Shown: positions 1 to 9,104, numbered from the stretch's first letter. The stretch is 64,000 nt of DNA from Dehalococcoidia bacterium (GCA_965220545.1 CBDCQF010000009.1:84660-148659); one strand, 5' to 3'. Translations and numbers: made by a program. The notes: generated from the sequence alone by a model not told the origin.

Positions 1-2
1 CC

Positions 3-581
3 GAAATCAAGCTCCCCGATAGCTTCCACCTCCACGAGGCGGCGCGCAGCGTGGTCATCAACGTGGACGCGGCCGCTTTCCACCAGCGCATGTACAACCA
101 AAACCCCGATGACTACGGCCCGCACCTGCGTCGCATAATAGAGGTGGGAATGCTTGTTCCAGGGGCGCAATACCTGCAGGCGCAGCGAGTTCGAGCCAGG
201 TTCCGCAGGGACGCTGAGGCCATGTTCAAGGACTGCGACATTCTGCTCACTCCGGCAACACCGACGGCTGCGCCAAGAGACCGCACCACCACGGGAGACC
301 CTACCTTTCAGGCGGGATGGACTTCCGCTGGACTTCCCGCCGTAGCGATCCCCTCGGGGCTGGATGCCTCCGGCATGCCGCTCGGTGTCCAGCTGGTGGC
401 GGCCCCGTTTGCCGAGGCCAAGCTGCTTGCCGCCGCCCACTGGTGCGAATCGGTACTTGGCGTCGAGCTGCGTCCGCCGGGCCTGGGCCACCGCCCACAA
501 CCACGCAGTTGGGGTATAGGTGCCTCGGAACACATGGACACAGCGAGTGATATACGGCCGGAGCCTCGTTCTTGGCGCTAG
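3..581 (+). CDS. Amidase-signature (GatA-like) amidase, C-terminal part; 5' end outside window
   Basis: Frame open to the window edge; C-terminal amidase-family motifs (DILLTPATPTAAP, GLPAVAIPSG..GMPLGVQLVA). Confidence 0.8.
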   Translation, partial: EIKLPDSFHLHEAARSVVINVDAAAFHQRMYNQNPDDYGPHLRRIIEVGMLVPGAQYLQAQRVRARFRRDAEAMFKDCDILLTPATPTAAPRDRTTTGDPTFQAGWTSAGLPAVAIPSGLDASGMPLGVQLVAAPFAEAKLLAAAHWCESVLGVELRPPGLGHRPQPRSWGIGASEHMDTASDIRPEPRSWR

Positions 582-601
582 CCCATCCAAGACCGGAACC
601 C

Positions 602-1024
602 CTACCCTAACCGCGACTCGTGCTCCTTCTTGATGCAGAGATCCATGACCACGGGAATCCCCGCCGCCTCGGCCTTTTCCGCCGCGGCTTCATTGACAAT
701 CCCCTCCTGCATCCACACGTACCCGGCTCCGGCCTCTATGGCGTCCTCCACCACCGGCATGACGTCGCTGGGACGACGGAAAACGTCCACCACGTCGATG
801 GTCCCCGGGACTGACTTGAGGTCTGGGTAGCTCTTCTCTCCCAGCACCTCCTCCACCGCCGGATTGACGGGGATGATCCTGTAGCTGGCGTCTTTCAAGT
901 ACTCGGCAACCTGATAGCTTGGCCTATCCGGCCTCGGCGAAAGGCCCACTACAGCAATCGTCTTCTGCGCCAGAATCTCCTCTATCAAACCGTCCATATC
1001 GCTCATGGCCGGATTGTACCCCAT
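602..1024 (-). CDS. CoA-binding domain protein (YccU-like)
   Basis: 140-aa ORF with IAVVGLSPRPDRPSYQVAEYL...IIPVNP Rossmann-like CoA-binding signature. Confidence 0.85.
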   Translation of the reverse strand: MGYNPAMSDMDGLIEEILAQKTIAVVGLSPRPDRPSYQVAEYLKDASYRIIPVNPAVEEVLGEKSYPDLKSVPGTIDVVDVFRRPSDVMPVVEDAIEAGAGYVWMQEGIVNEAAAEKAEAAGIPVVMDLCIKKEHESRLG

Positions 1025-1097
1025 GAAACGGTAGCTGTCAGTCTTGGCAACCCCCCGTCACACCCACACTTCCCTCGTCATACCCGCACTCCTTTTT

Positions 1098-1178
1098 CGT
1101 CATACCCGCGGAGGCGGGTATCCAGGAGGGGCGGAGGCATTCCCCCTTGCCCGTTTGCCCGTTTGCCCGTTTGCCTGC
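1098..1178. repeat. Intergenic repeat mosaic: C-type hairpin (catacccgcggaggcgggtatccagg) plus 4 x 8-nt array (ttgcccgt)
   Basis: Hairpin module recurs throughout the window; octamer units at 1147-1178 read directly. Confidence 0.85.
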
Positions 1179-1201
1179 TAAAATCCCCCCACAACTAGCG
1201 C

Positions 1202-2008
1202 ATGGGGGTTCTCATGGCAATCAGTACGCTTCATTCTTCTCCGGCTGCATTGCGCCACATCATCCGCAATGGTGAATACGACACCGTAACGGCGGGGCTG
1301 GCGCCCGGCTACGTCCAGGCCAACCTCGTCATCCTGCCCAAAGCCCAGGCTTTCGACTTCCTGCTCTTCTGCCAGCGCAATCCCAAGCCCTGCCCTCTTA
1401 TAGAGGTCGTGGAGGCTGGCAGCGTGGAGCCCTCCATTACCGCACCCGGAGCCGACATCCGCACCGACCTGCCGAAGTACCGCGTCTACAGGGACGGCGT
1501 GCTGGAACAGGAAACCGAGAACGTTCTGGACGTCTGGCGGGACGACCTCGTTTCTTTCCTCATCGGCTGCAGCTTCACCTTTGAGACGGCCCTGCTAGCT
1601 GCCGGAATCTCCATGCGGCATATAGAAGAGAACAGCAACGTCTCCATGTACATCACCAACATGCCAACCGTGCCCGCGGGCCAGTTCGCCGGCCCCACGG
1701 TGGTGTCCATGCGCCCCATTGGCCGGGAAAAGGTGGTGAAGGCCGTGCAGGTAACTTCCCGATTCCCCAACACCCACGGCGCGCCCCTGCACGTCGGCGA
1801 CCCGGAATCGATAGGCATCGATGACATCCAGAAGCCGGACTACGGGGACGTTGTGCCCTTCAAACCGGGCGAGATACCCGTTTTCTGGGCTTGCGGCGTC
1901 ACCCCTCAGGCCGTGGCTATGGAGTCCAAGCCACCTTTTATGATTACCCATTCGCCGGGACACATGTTCATCACGGACGTCCGCGACGAAGACCTGGCCG
2001 TTCTCTGA
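1202..2008 (+). CDS. DUF1445/UPF0317 putative hydro-lyase (D-glutamate cyclase-like catalytic half)
   Basis: 268 aa; [35 protein letters not shown] motifs typical of the family. Confidence 0.8.
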   Translation: MGVLMAISTLHSSPAALRHIIRNGEYDTVTAGLAPGYVQANLVILPKAQAFDFLLFCQRNPKPCPLIEVVEAGSVEPSITAPGADIRTDLPKYRVYRDGVLEQETENVLDVWRDDLVSFLIGCSFTFETALLAAGISMRHIEENSNVSMYITNMPTVPAGQFAGPTVVSMRPIGREKVVKAVQVTSRFPNTHGAPLHVGDPESIGIDDIQKPDYGDVVPFKPGEIPVFWACGVTPQAVAMESKPPFMITHSPGHMFITDVRDEDLAVL

Positions 2009-2046
2009 TTACACAAATACCGCACACCGCAAATTGGGAGGCAACC

Positions 2047-2898
2047 GTGTCCGCTATAGAAGACATCATCCTTGACCGAGACCAGAGGGGCATATCCAAA
2101 CTGCGTGGATACCTCCCTGAAGACTACTGCGAAGACGCCGCGCAGCTCATCCTGGGCAACCCGGGCCGCGCCTTCGTCATCAGCGGCTTCTTCATAATCG
2201 GAGCCATGGCCTCGGAGACCGACGGCCCTCCCGGCGCTTACTTCATCGGCAAAGCGCTGCAAAAGCTGGGCTACGACGTCACCCACATCACCGACGAGTA
2301 CAGCTCATCTCTCTACAACTGCATTTCGGACGTGGGCGAAGTGATCGAGTTCCCCGTTACGGACGTAGACTCCAGCCGGAAGTATGCCAGTGAGCTCCTC
2401 GGCGACCTGAAGCCGTCGATAGTCATATCCACCGAGCGCTGCGGCGTGACTCAGAAGGGCGAATACCTGAACATGCGCGGCGTCGACATCTCGCAGTACA
2501 ACGCCAGGGCCGACTATCTTGTCCTCGACCACAACGCCACCGTGGGCATAGGAGACGGCGGCAACGAGATCGGCATGGGCAAGCTGGCCGAGCAGATCCC
2601 CACCATCGATACCCTGCCCAAGCAGCCCACCATAGTCCCCACCGACAAGCTGATCCTGGCCAGCGTCTCCAACTGGGGCGCTTCCGGCCTCATAGCGGGC
2701 CTCTCCCTGCAGGCGAAGCAGAACCTTCTGCCCTCCCCGGAGGAAGAAGAAGAGGTCATCAAGCAGATGGTGGATATCGGCGCAGTGGACGGCTTCAAAG
2801 TGGAGCGCACCTACGCCGTGGACGGATTCCCCCTGGAGGAGAACCGCAAAACGCTGGAATGCCTCCACGATTACTTGACACAGCAGGGCGTCTCCTAG
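2047..2898 (+). CDS. DUF4392 domain protein (counterpart of the N-terminal half of eukaryotic D-glutamate cyclase)
   Basis: GTG at 2047 preceded by GGGAGG 7 nt upstream; 283 aa; the longer track ORF from 1891 overlaps the upstream gene. Confidence 0.7.
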   Translation: MSAIEDIILDRDQRGISKLRGYLPEDYCEDAAQLILGNPGRAFVISGFFIIGAMASETDGPPGAYFIGKALQKLGYDVTHITDEYSSSLYNCISDVGEVIEFPVTDVDSSRKYASELLGDLKPSIVISTERCGVTQKGEYLNMRGVDISQYNARADYLVLDHNATVGIGDGGNEIGMGKLAEQIPTIDTLPKQPTIVPTDKLILASVSNWGASGLIAGLSLQAKQNLLPSPEEEEEVIKQMVDIGAVDGFKVERTYAVDGFPLEENRKTLECLHDYLTQQGVS

Positions 2899-2916
2899 CC
2901 CGTGCCCGGATCCTCC

Positions 2917-3324
2917 CTATCCACTTCCAAACGGATTCACGTAGTCAACGCCAAGGTCGTCAAAGTCGGCCACGTTTCTAGTGACCACCGTCAATCTATG
3001 AACCATAGCTGTCGCCGCTATCATGGCGTCTTCAGTTATAGCGCCTGATCTCCCGTGCATCAGTCGCGCCCACTCTCTAAAGGCCAGCGCATCTATTGGA
3101 AGTATTCCGTAGGAAGCCAGGACCTTGTCCAGCCATGCTCCCAACTCCTCAGCCTTGGCCTCATTCTGCTCACGGGTAATCTCAATCCCCGCCTGTATCT
3201 CGCCAACCGTAACGGCGGACACAAAGAGCTGCTCTGCCGGCACGTCTGCAATCCAATCCAGAACTGCGCCATGCGGACGGGGCCGACGCAGCTCCGAAAC
3301 CACGTTGGTGTCCAAGAGGTACAT
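2917..3324 (-). CDS. vapC: Type II toxin, PIN-domain ribonuclease VapC
   Basis: 135 aa; MYLLDTNVVSE N-terminus and acidic PIN residues; 3-nt gap to the upstream antitoxin gene. Confidence 0.85.
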   Translation of the reverse strand: MYLLDTNVVSELRRPRPHGAVLDWIADVPAEQLFVSAVTVGEIQAGIEITREQNEAKAEELGAWLDKVLASYGILPIDALAFREWARLMHGRSGAITEDAMIAATAMVHRLTVVTRNVADFDDLGVDYVNPFGSG

Positions 3325-3327
3325 AGG

Positions 3328-3588
3328 CTACTCCACTACTATGGGTGGGCGGCGGCGGCGCTGTTGGCGCGGCGACGTAAGGGTCTCGGTTCGTGCCTCA
3401 GGGGCAAGCAGCAACTCTTTCAGATCCGGTCTCGTCATCCGCTCTAGCCTCCGCCACTGCTCAATGGGAAGGAGCACGGCGGCTTCCACACCTCGCTTGG
3501 TTACAATCTGCGGCCCTTCCGCTAGCGTCGTGTCCAGAAGCTCGCTGAATCTCGATTTGGCATCCTGGACCGGCCATCTCTTGCTCAT
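3328..3588 (-). CDS. Type II antitoxin, Phd/YefM family
   Basis: 86 aa; WPVQDAKSRFSELLD..IVTKRGVEAAVLLPIEQW; immediately upstream of vapC. Confidence 0.8.
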   Translation of the reverse strand: MSKRWPVQDAKSRFSELLDTTLAEGPQIVTKRGVEAAVLLPIEQWRRLERMTRPDLKELLLAPEARTETLTSPRQQRRRRPPIVVE

Positions 3589-3800
3589 GGTTAACCTCTT
3601 TATCCATTGTGCTGACTAGCCATCAGACTAGGTTAAATCAACATTAGTGTCAAGGTAGAACGCGCCTATGCCGTGGACGGATGTCCTTGAAAAAGAACCG
3701 CAAAACCTGAGGCCAATTGACATAGCAGGTCCCATGACCCCTTGCGGCCTCGTATAATGGAAATGGCGGCTTGTGATAGAGAAGCCCAATCCATGCTGTA

Positions 3801-4985
3801 GTGGGGGCCCTTATGCGCGTAGCACTTGTTAGCGGACTCATTGCTCTTGTAGTACTCGTGGTGGGAGGAGGAGTAGGCTTTCTGCTCCTGGAACTGTACA
3901 ACACCAATGCCAAGTTGCTGGCAGCGAACACGAAGATAGATACGGTTAGCGCCGAAGCTCGCACAGAGATAGAAGGCTTGGGGAATTACATCACTGAACT
4001 ACTCGACACTATTGATGAAGCCGTAGACGCCAACGCTGCATACGCTAAGAGTAATGAGGAATTGCAGGCTGCTCTGTCCGGTACCCAGGCCAACTACGAT
4101 AGCGCCGTTGCTCTAACCATAGACTTGGAGAGCCGCCTAACTGCCGCTGAGGGCGAAGTTAGTACTCTCAATGAAGAAGTAGCCGAGCGTGATACAAGAA
4201 TTGCCGTCTTCATAAGCGACATTAGTAATCTCAATGCAGAAGTAGCTGAGCGTAATACAACAATTGCCGGCTTCGTCAACGACAACAGTAGGCTTAAGGA
4301 GGATTATCAGGCATTGGTAAATGCGGGAGGTGATCTAACGCAGGTTAGAGCCGAGGAGGAAGCTAGCCAAGAAAGGGTAGATGAACTGGAGATAGAAATT
4401 AAAGAGCTTCAGGAACAGCGCAGACCTCTGATATTGTCCCCTGGAGCTGTGGCTACCAGTGGATTTCTATGTACTGGAAGCATGTATCCGGCTATCACTT
4501 GTCTGGATAGGGGCACTTGGCTTGAAGAGTTCAATCCTGAGGATATCGCAGTGGGCGCCACGATTAGTTTTAGTCCGAACTGTTGGGAAGAAGAGCCAGA
4601 TGATATACCCACAGCTCACAGGGTTAAGGAGATCAAGGTGGAGGATGGCATCTACTACTTCTGGCCGCGGGGAGATGCCAACAGGGAGGATGATGGATGC
4701 TGGGTGCATCAGGACAATGTGGAAGGCTATCTCATTGAATTAGAGAAGGATGTGGTGCCGGAGAACGCTCATCTACAAAGCCAAGTCAGAGCTGCAAGGG
4801 TAGCTTACGATAACCTCTGGTCGACACACTGCGGTCATGTTGGTCCATCTGGAACATGCTATCTGTCAGGATATATCTACGACACTGTTCGAGATGCTCT
4901 AAACCTCTATAACTGCTGGCTTAGGAACGCGCAGGAATCGAAGTATCCCGGACATATTCCAAACCACTGTAGGCCAGTCCAATGA
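3801..4985 (+). CDS. Membrane-anchored coiled-coil protein with C-terminal ER/archaeal-type (S26B, SipW-like) signal peptidase domain
   Basis: N-terminal TM helix, ~200-aa heptad-rich segment, then GSMYPAI / AHRV / RGDANREDD motifs; alternative ATG start at 3813; visibly lower G+C. Confidence 0.65.
   Translation: MGALMRVALVSGLIALVVLVVGGGVGFLLLELYNTNAKLLAANTKIDTVSAEARTEIEGLGNYITELLDTIDEAVDANAAYAKSNEELQAALSGTQANYDSAVALTIDLESRLTAAEGEVSTLNEEVAERDTRIAVFISDISNLNAEVAERNTTIAGFVNDNSRLKEDYQALVNAGGDLTQVRAEEEASQERVDELEIEIKELQEQRRPLILSPGAVATSGFLCTGSMYPAITCLDRGTWLEEFNPEDIAVGATISFSPNCWEEEPDDIPTAHRVKEIKVEDGIYYFWPRGDANREDDGCWVHQDNVEGYLIELEKDVVPENAHLQSQVRAARVAYDNLWSTHCGHVGPSGTCYLSGYIYDTVRDALNLYNCWLRNAQESKYPGHIPNHCRPVQ
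4167..4292 (+). repeat. 2 x 63-bp in-frame tandem repeat inside the coiled-coil region
   Basis: ctcaatgaagaagtagccgagcgtgatacaagaattgcc... repeated at 4230 with a few substitutions (LNEEVAERDTRIA / LNAEVAERNTTIA). Confidence 0.85.
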
Positions 4986-5112
4986 AGCAGCCGGAAACCT
5001 AGCCCTGGTGTACAAAGGGTCTTGACGCTCCGCCGCGGCAATGGCAGCAGGCTTGCGAAGTTCCTGATTCCTTTGGAAGAATGAGCCGCTGTAGTTTGAA
5101 ACAAAGCCCCTC

Positions 5113-5972
5113 AACCAGCAGGTAGTGTCTCAGTTTCAGGAGGGTAGCCATGGAAGTAAAGGTTCCGGAAAAGAAGGTCTGCATTCTCGGGGCAACCGGC
5201 TGTATCGGCTTCGAGGTGACCGTTCACGTGTTGAAAGCTGGATGCGGTGTGCTCGCCGTGGTGCGTGACACCAACAAGTTCCGACGAATGCTCAGCGCGC
5301 AGGGAATAGACGATCTTGAGGGATTGTCCGTTGTAGAACTGGACTTATTTGCTGAAAAGGCCGTCGCCGACCCATCTGTGGCGCTGGAGATGATGGCTTG
5401 CGACTACATCTTCAACGTCGCCTCCAAGCCTGTCTCTTGGGTTCCCTGGTCCCGGGCCAATCGCGAATGGGGTGGTGTCGTTTCATCATTGACGAGAGAG
5501 ATTGTGGAGATTGCTTCCCAGGACGGAAGGAAGCCACACATTGTTGCCTTTTGTGGGACAGAGTATTTTGTGGGGTATGACGCCAATGTCAGCTTTCTCC
5601 AACAGGTGTTGCCGAAGGTGCTGAACAAGATGAGCGCGGCGCTGCACGACAATCACGACGAGGCGATGCTTCTTCTGACGTCGGGGTACGGACGGTGGAG
5701 CGTATTCCGCTGCGGCAGCATCCGGCCGAGTTCTGGGCAACCGGGCGACGCCGGCCGGATTGGGATGGATTTGCACAAAGACGGCAGCGACTATCGACGT
5801 GGGAAGGGGAAGGCGTTGGTAGTCGAAGACCTTGCTGCGTATCTCACCAACACAATCCAGAGTGGAGCATTCTCAGGATTTGAGGGGGAGATGCCGTTTC
5901 TGTTCAATACGCGCTTCTAAGGGCTTCTGCGTGTAAATTTGTTTCCTGAAACTGAGACGCTACGAACCAGCA
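5113..5972 (+). mobile_element. Candidate mobile insertion cassette (MIC-like): 20-bp terminal inverted repeats plus 8-bp direct repeats around one passenger gene, no transposase
   Basis: IR-L 5122-5141 gtagtgtctcagtttcagga; IR-R 5944-5963 tcctgaaactgagacgctac (19/20 complementary); aaccagca at 5113-5120 and 5965-5972, each one G away from the IR. Confidence 0.6.
5150..5920 (+). CDS. NAD(P)-binding Rossmann-fold protein (NmrA/atypical SDR-like)
   Basis: 256 aa; ILGATGCIGFEV glycine motif; AGGAGG Shine-Dalgarno lies inside the left inverted repeat. Confidence 0.7.
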   Translation: MEVKVPEKKVCILGATGCIGFEVTVHVLKAGCGVLAVVRDTNKFRRMLSAQGIDDLEGLSVVELDLFAEKAVADPSVALEMMACDYIFNVASKPVSWVPWSRANREWGGVVSSLTREIVEIASQDGRKPHIVAFCGTEYFVGYDANVSFLQQVLPKVLNKMSAALHDNHDEAMLLLTSGYGRWSVFRCGSIRPSSGQPGDAGRIGMDLHKDGSDYRRGKGKALVVEDLAAYLTNTIQSGAFSGFEGEMPFLFNTRF

Positions 5973-6084
5973 CAAACTTTTGACACTGAGGCAAGCTCAA
6001 TGCTAGCATTTCAACGGAGTTTGCCGTTCAACTGTGAACCAGGTAGTTGAAGCAAAGCCGGCGCTCTGAAAAGCGAAAGAGAGG

Positions 6085-7023
6085 CTGATCATAGAAGTCT
6101 TACTCAGCTCACCCAGAGGGTTTTGTGCGGGCGTTGTCCGCGCCATTGACGTGGTAGAGCTATGCCTGGAGCGTTTCCAGCCCCCCGTTTACGTTCGACA
6201 CGAAATCGTGCACAACTCTCACGTCGTGGACGACTTGCGGGACAAAGGGGCCATCTTCGTGGAAGACATAGACGATATCCCGGAGGGCAGCGTCGTGGTC
6301 TTTTCCGCGCACGGCGTCTCCCCTACCGTCTGGCAGCAGGCCCAAGCCAGGGGACTGGACATCATAGACGCCACCTGCCCGCTGGTCACCAAGGTCCACC
6401 TTGAAGCCATCAAATACGCCCGTGAAGGCTATACCATAATTCTCATCGGTCACCGCGGCCACGTCGAAATCGATGGCACAATGGGCCAAGCCCCCGAGAG
6501 CACCATCCTAATTGAAACGCCTGAAGAGGCGGCTCAGGTACAGGTTGAAGACCCCAACATGGTTGTGGCTCTAACTCAGACCACTCTCAGCATGGACGAC
6601 ACGGAAGCGATTATTAGCGTTCTCAAAGAGAGATTCCCCGCCCTGTTAACTCGTAACGACATCTGCTACGCCACTACCAACAGGCAGAACGCGCTCAAGG
6701 CCATAGCGCCCGAAATTGATCTGGTCCTGGTCGTGGGAGCGCAGAACAGCTCCAACAGCAACCGCCTGCGTGAAACCGCCGAAGCCGCCGGAAGACCGGC
6801 TTATCTCATCGACGGCCCCGACGACATAGACGATGCCTGGCTGGAAGGCGTGCAAAGCGTGGGCATTACTTCCGGCGCCTCAACGCCGGAATGGCTGGTG
6901 GACGCCGTGGTGGAGAGACTGAAGCCCAAGAACGTCCGCACAACGTCCATAGCGGAGGAGAACTTCACCTTCGTGCTGCCCAAACAACTGCGGGAAGAAG
7001 CCAAGCCTGAGGCGAGTAGATGA
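6085..7023 (+). CDS. ispH: 4-hydroxy-3-methylbut-2-enyl diphosphate reductase
   Basis: Strong IspH/LytB similarity. The conserved N-terminal PRGFCAGV (first cluster Cys) lies upstream of the track GTG at 6151. The frame is open only from 6070, so the start must be non-canonical (CTG 6085, ATC 6088 or ATA 6091). Confidence 0.85.
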   Translation: MIIEVLLSSPRGFCAGVVRAIDVVELCLERFQPPVYVRHEIVHNSHVVDDLRDKGAIFVEDIDDIPEGSVVVFSAHGVSPTVWQQAQARGLDIIDATCPLVTKVHLEAIKYAREGYTIILIGHRGHVEIDGTMGQAPESTILIETPEEAAQVQVEDPNMVVALTQTTLSMDDTEAIISVLKERFPALLTRNDICYATTNRQNALKAIAPEIDLVLVVGAQNSSNSNRLRETAEAAGRPAYLIDGPDDIDDAWLEGVQSVGITSGASTPEWLVDAVVERLKPKNVRTTSIAEENFTFVLPKQLREEAKPEASR

Positions 7024-7038
7024 TGCTCAGGAACAAAG

Positions 7039-7965
7039 TTGGCTGCCCGGCGTCTTAGGATGTCAGGCCCGGATACCCGTCCACCTGAAATAGACCCCGA
7101 CCTCCTATCCTCCATAGAAGAGCACGCCGTCTCACTGGCCGCAAGCGCCGGTGAGTTGCTTCTGGACTACTTCCATCGTGATATGAAGGTGGAGTACAAG
7201 TCCGAAGGCTCAAGAAGCCCCGTCAGCGACGCCGACAAAGGCGCGGAACAGCTCATCGTCGATGGCATCCGCAGCCGCTTCCCCAATCACGGCATCCTCT
7301 CCGAAGAGACACCTCCGGCGGAAGACTTGGACCAGACCTTTGTTTGGGTTATAGACCCTCTGGATGGCACCACCAACTTCGTCAACGGCTTTCCTGTCTT
7401 CTCCTCCTCCATTGGCGTGCTCCACCACGGCAAACCCGTCGCGGGGGCCATCTACGTCCCGTCTCCAACCACGTCTGCCGGGCTGGTTTTTCACGCCCGT
7501 TGTGGAGGCGGAGCATTCGCCGGAGACACCCCCATCCGCGTCTACGATAAGCCCAAGCCTATGCCCAACGGCCTCGTCATGCTCCCCGCGGCTTTCTGGC
7601 GGCGATACCGTATAGGCAAGGAGTTGAGAAGGCTCGGCGAGTTGCGCAACATCGGCAGCACCGCTTACGAGATGACGCTGGTAGCTTCCGGGGTCATGCA
7701 GTACGCCGCCTTCTCCGCGCCCCACCCGTGGGACGTCGTCGCGGGAATAGCAATCGTGCGAGAGGCAGGCGGCGAGGTAACGGCAAGAACGTCCAATCAA
7801 TGGCTGCCCCTCGAATCGTTATACGGCGGCATGGATGCCGGTCGTTCCACGGAAGGAGACTTGTCCAAGTGGAGGGCCAGCCTGCTCGCCGGCAATCCCG
7901 CCATAGTCGCCCTCCTCAGCGAAAACCTCAAACCCGCCAAGCGCCTCTGGCTCTGGCCAAAGTAA
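7039..7965 (+). CDS. Inositol monophosphatase family protein (SuhB/CysQ-like)
   Basis: WVIDPLDGTTNF and WDVVAG motifs; alternative ATG start at 7060. Confidence 0.85.
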   Translation: MAARRLRMSGPDTRPPEIDPDLLSSIEEHAVSLAASAGELLLDYFHRDMKVEYKSEGSRSPVSDADKGAEQLIVDGIRSRFPNHGILSEETPPAEDLDQTFVWVIDPLDGTTNFVNGFPVFSSSIGVLHHGKPVAGAIYVPSPTTSAGLVFHARCGGGAFAGDTPIRVYDKPKPMPNGLVMLPAAFWRRYRIGKELRRLGELRNIGSTAYEMTLVASGVMQYAAFSAPHPWDVVAGIAIVREAGGEVTARTSNQWLPLESLYGGMDAGRSTEGDLSKWRASLLAGNPAIVALLSENLKPAKRLWLWPK

Positions 7966-8032
7966 CTCCCCCCTACCCTTCCAGGCAAAGCGTACCCTTT
8001 CTGTAGGGGCGGTTCGCGCGAACCGCCCAGAA
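7966..8032. repeat. A-long repeat (cccctaccct..cagg..tttctgtaggggcggttcgcg(cg)aaccgcccagaac), left copy flanking the AKR gene
   Basis: About 65-bp direct repeat of 9105-9168; palindromic core ggcggttcgcgaaccgcc. Confidence 0.85.
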
Positions 8033-8974
8033 CTACAGACTGTCCAGCCTCTCCATGAAATCCGGAGGTAGCCTTAAGTCTACTGCTCGGGCGTTCTCCG
8101 CTATCTGTTCAGGCCTGCTGGAGCCCACGACTATTGAATTGACGCCGGGTTTGTGCAATGCCCACGCCTGCGCAATCTGGGCCGGTGAATATCCCAGTTC
8201 TAAGGCTATGGAACTGAGTTCGCTCACCATGTGGAATGTCTGGTCATTCCACCAGCGTGCTTTGTCTTCCAATGCGTGGCGGGACGCTAGGTGACTATCT
8301 TTGGGCGGCCCCGACTGACGATTGTAAGTTCCCGTTAGCAGCCCGCCCATAAGAAGCAGGTACGGTATGATCCCCACTTTCTGGTCTAGACATAGGGGCG
8401 CCATTTCGCGTTCTATGTCTCTTTCCTTCAGGTTGTAAAGCAGTTGAATAGACTCGAACCGTTCCAGGCCCAGGCTGTCGCTGACCCACAGGGCCTTGGT
8501 CAGTTGCCATGCCGCGAAGTTGGAGCACCCTATATACCTGATCTTGCCCTGCCGCACCAGGTTATCCAGAGTGCGCAGCGTCTCCTCTATGGGAGTATAG
8601 GGATCCCACCAGTGCACCTGGTACAGGTCTATGTATTCGGTGCCCAGACGCCGGAGGCTGCCTTCCACCGCTTCTATCAGGTGCTTGCGAGAAAGTCCTC
8701 CGTCGTTGACGCCCGGACCGGTAGTGGAGAACCCTTTGGTGCCAATGACAAGCTCATGCCGGTTGTGACGTTTGACCGCCTTTCCAACAATCTCCTCCGA
8801 TCGACCATCGTAGTACAGGTCAGCGGTATCGATGAAGTTGATGCCGTTTTCAATTGCTGCATCCACCACAGAAATGGCGCGATCATCGTCCACGTACTCC
8901 GCGCCGAACATGTTGGTGCCCAGACAGAGTCTGGATACCGAAACGCCTGCGCGACCGATCCTGGCGTACTCCAT
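8033..8974 (-). CDS. Aldo/keto reductase
   Basis: MEYARIGRAGVSVSRLCLGT..., IDTADLY, GCSNF motifs; start taken at the MEY Met rather than the longest ORF. Confidence 0.9.
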   Translation of the reverse strand: MEYARIGRAGVSVSRLCLGTNMFGAEYVDDDRAISVVDAAIENGINFIDTADLYYDGRSEEIVGKAVKRHNRHELVIGTKGFSTTGPGVNDGGLSRKHLIEAVEGSLRRLGTEYIDLYQVHWWDPYTPIEETLRTLDNLVRQGKIRYIGCSNFAAWQLTKALWVSDSLGLERFESIQLLYNLKERDIEREMAPLCLDQKVGIIPYLLLMGGLLTGTYNRQSGPPKDSHLASRHALEDKARWWNDQTFHMVSELSSIALELGYSPAQIAQAWALHKPGVNSIVVGSSRPEQIAENARAVDLRLPPDFMERLDSL

Positions 8975-9104
8975 ACACATGCCTCCGCATGACACGAGAA
9001 GAAGCTTCGATGTTTGAAGGGACTATCACTTAACTTGTTGTGATTGTTCCCCTATTGCACTGTAGGGCTAACATACCAGTCTCAGAGCTTCCCAACAAAG
9101 TAGT

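Noticed and set aside
3650-3964. 104-aa minus-strand ORF and a TTGACA/TATAAT pair upstream of the coiled-coil peptidase gene
   Set aside because: The ORF overlaps the 5' end of the better-supported plus-strand gene and has no motifs. The two promoter-like hexamers are about 30 nt apart, too far for a sigma70 promoter, so no promoter call was made.
5095-5946. A second short inverted pair (gaaacaaa at 5098-5105 / tttgtttc at 5938-5945) near the MIC-like cassette
   Set aside because: It is only 8 nt. One copy lies outside the left terminal repeat and the other inside the right end, which is inconsistent with element termini. It is probably chance.
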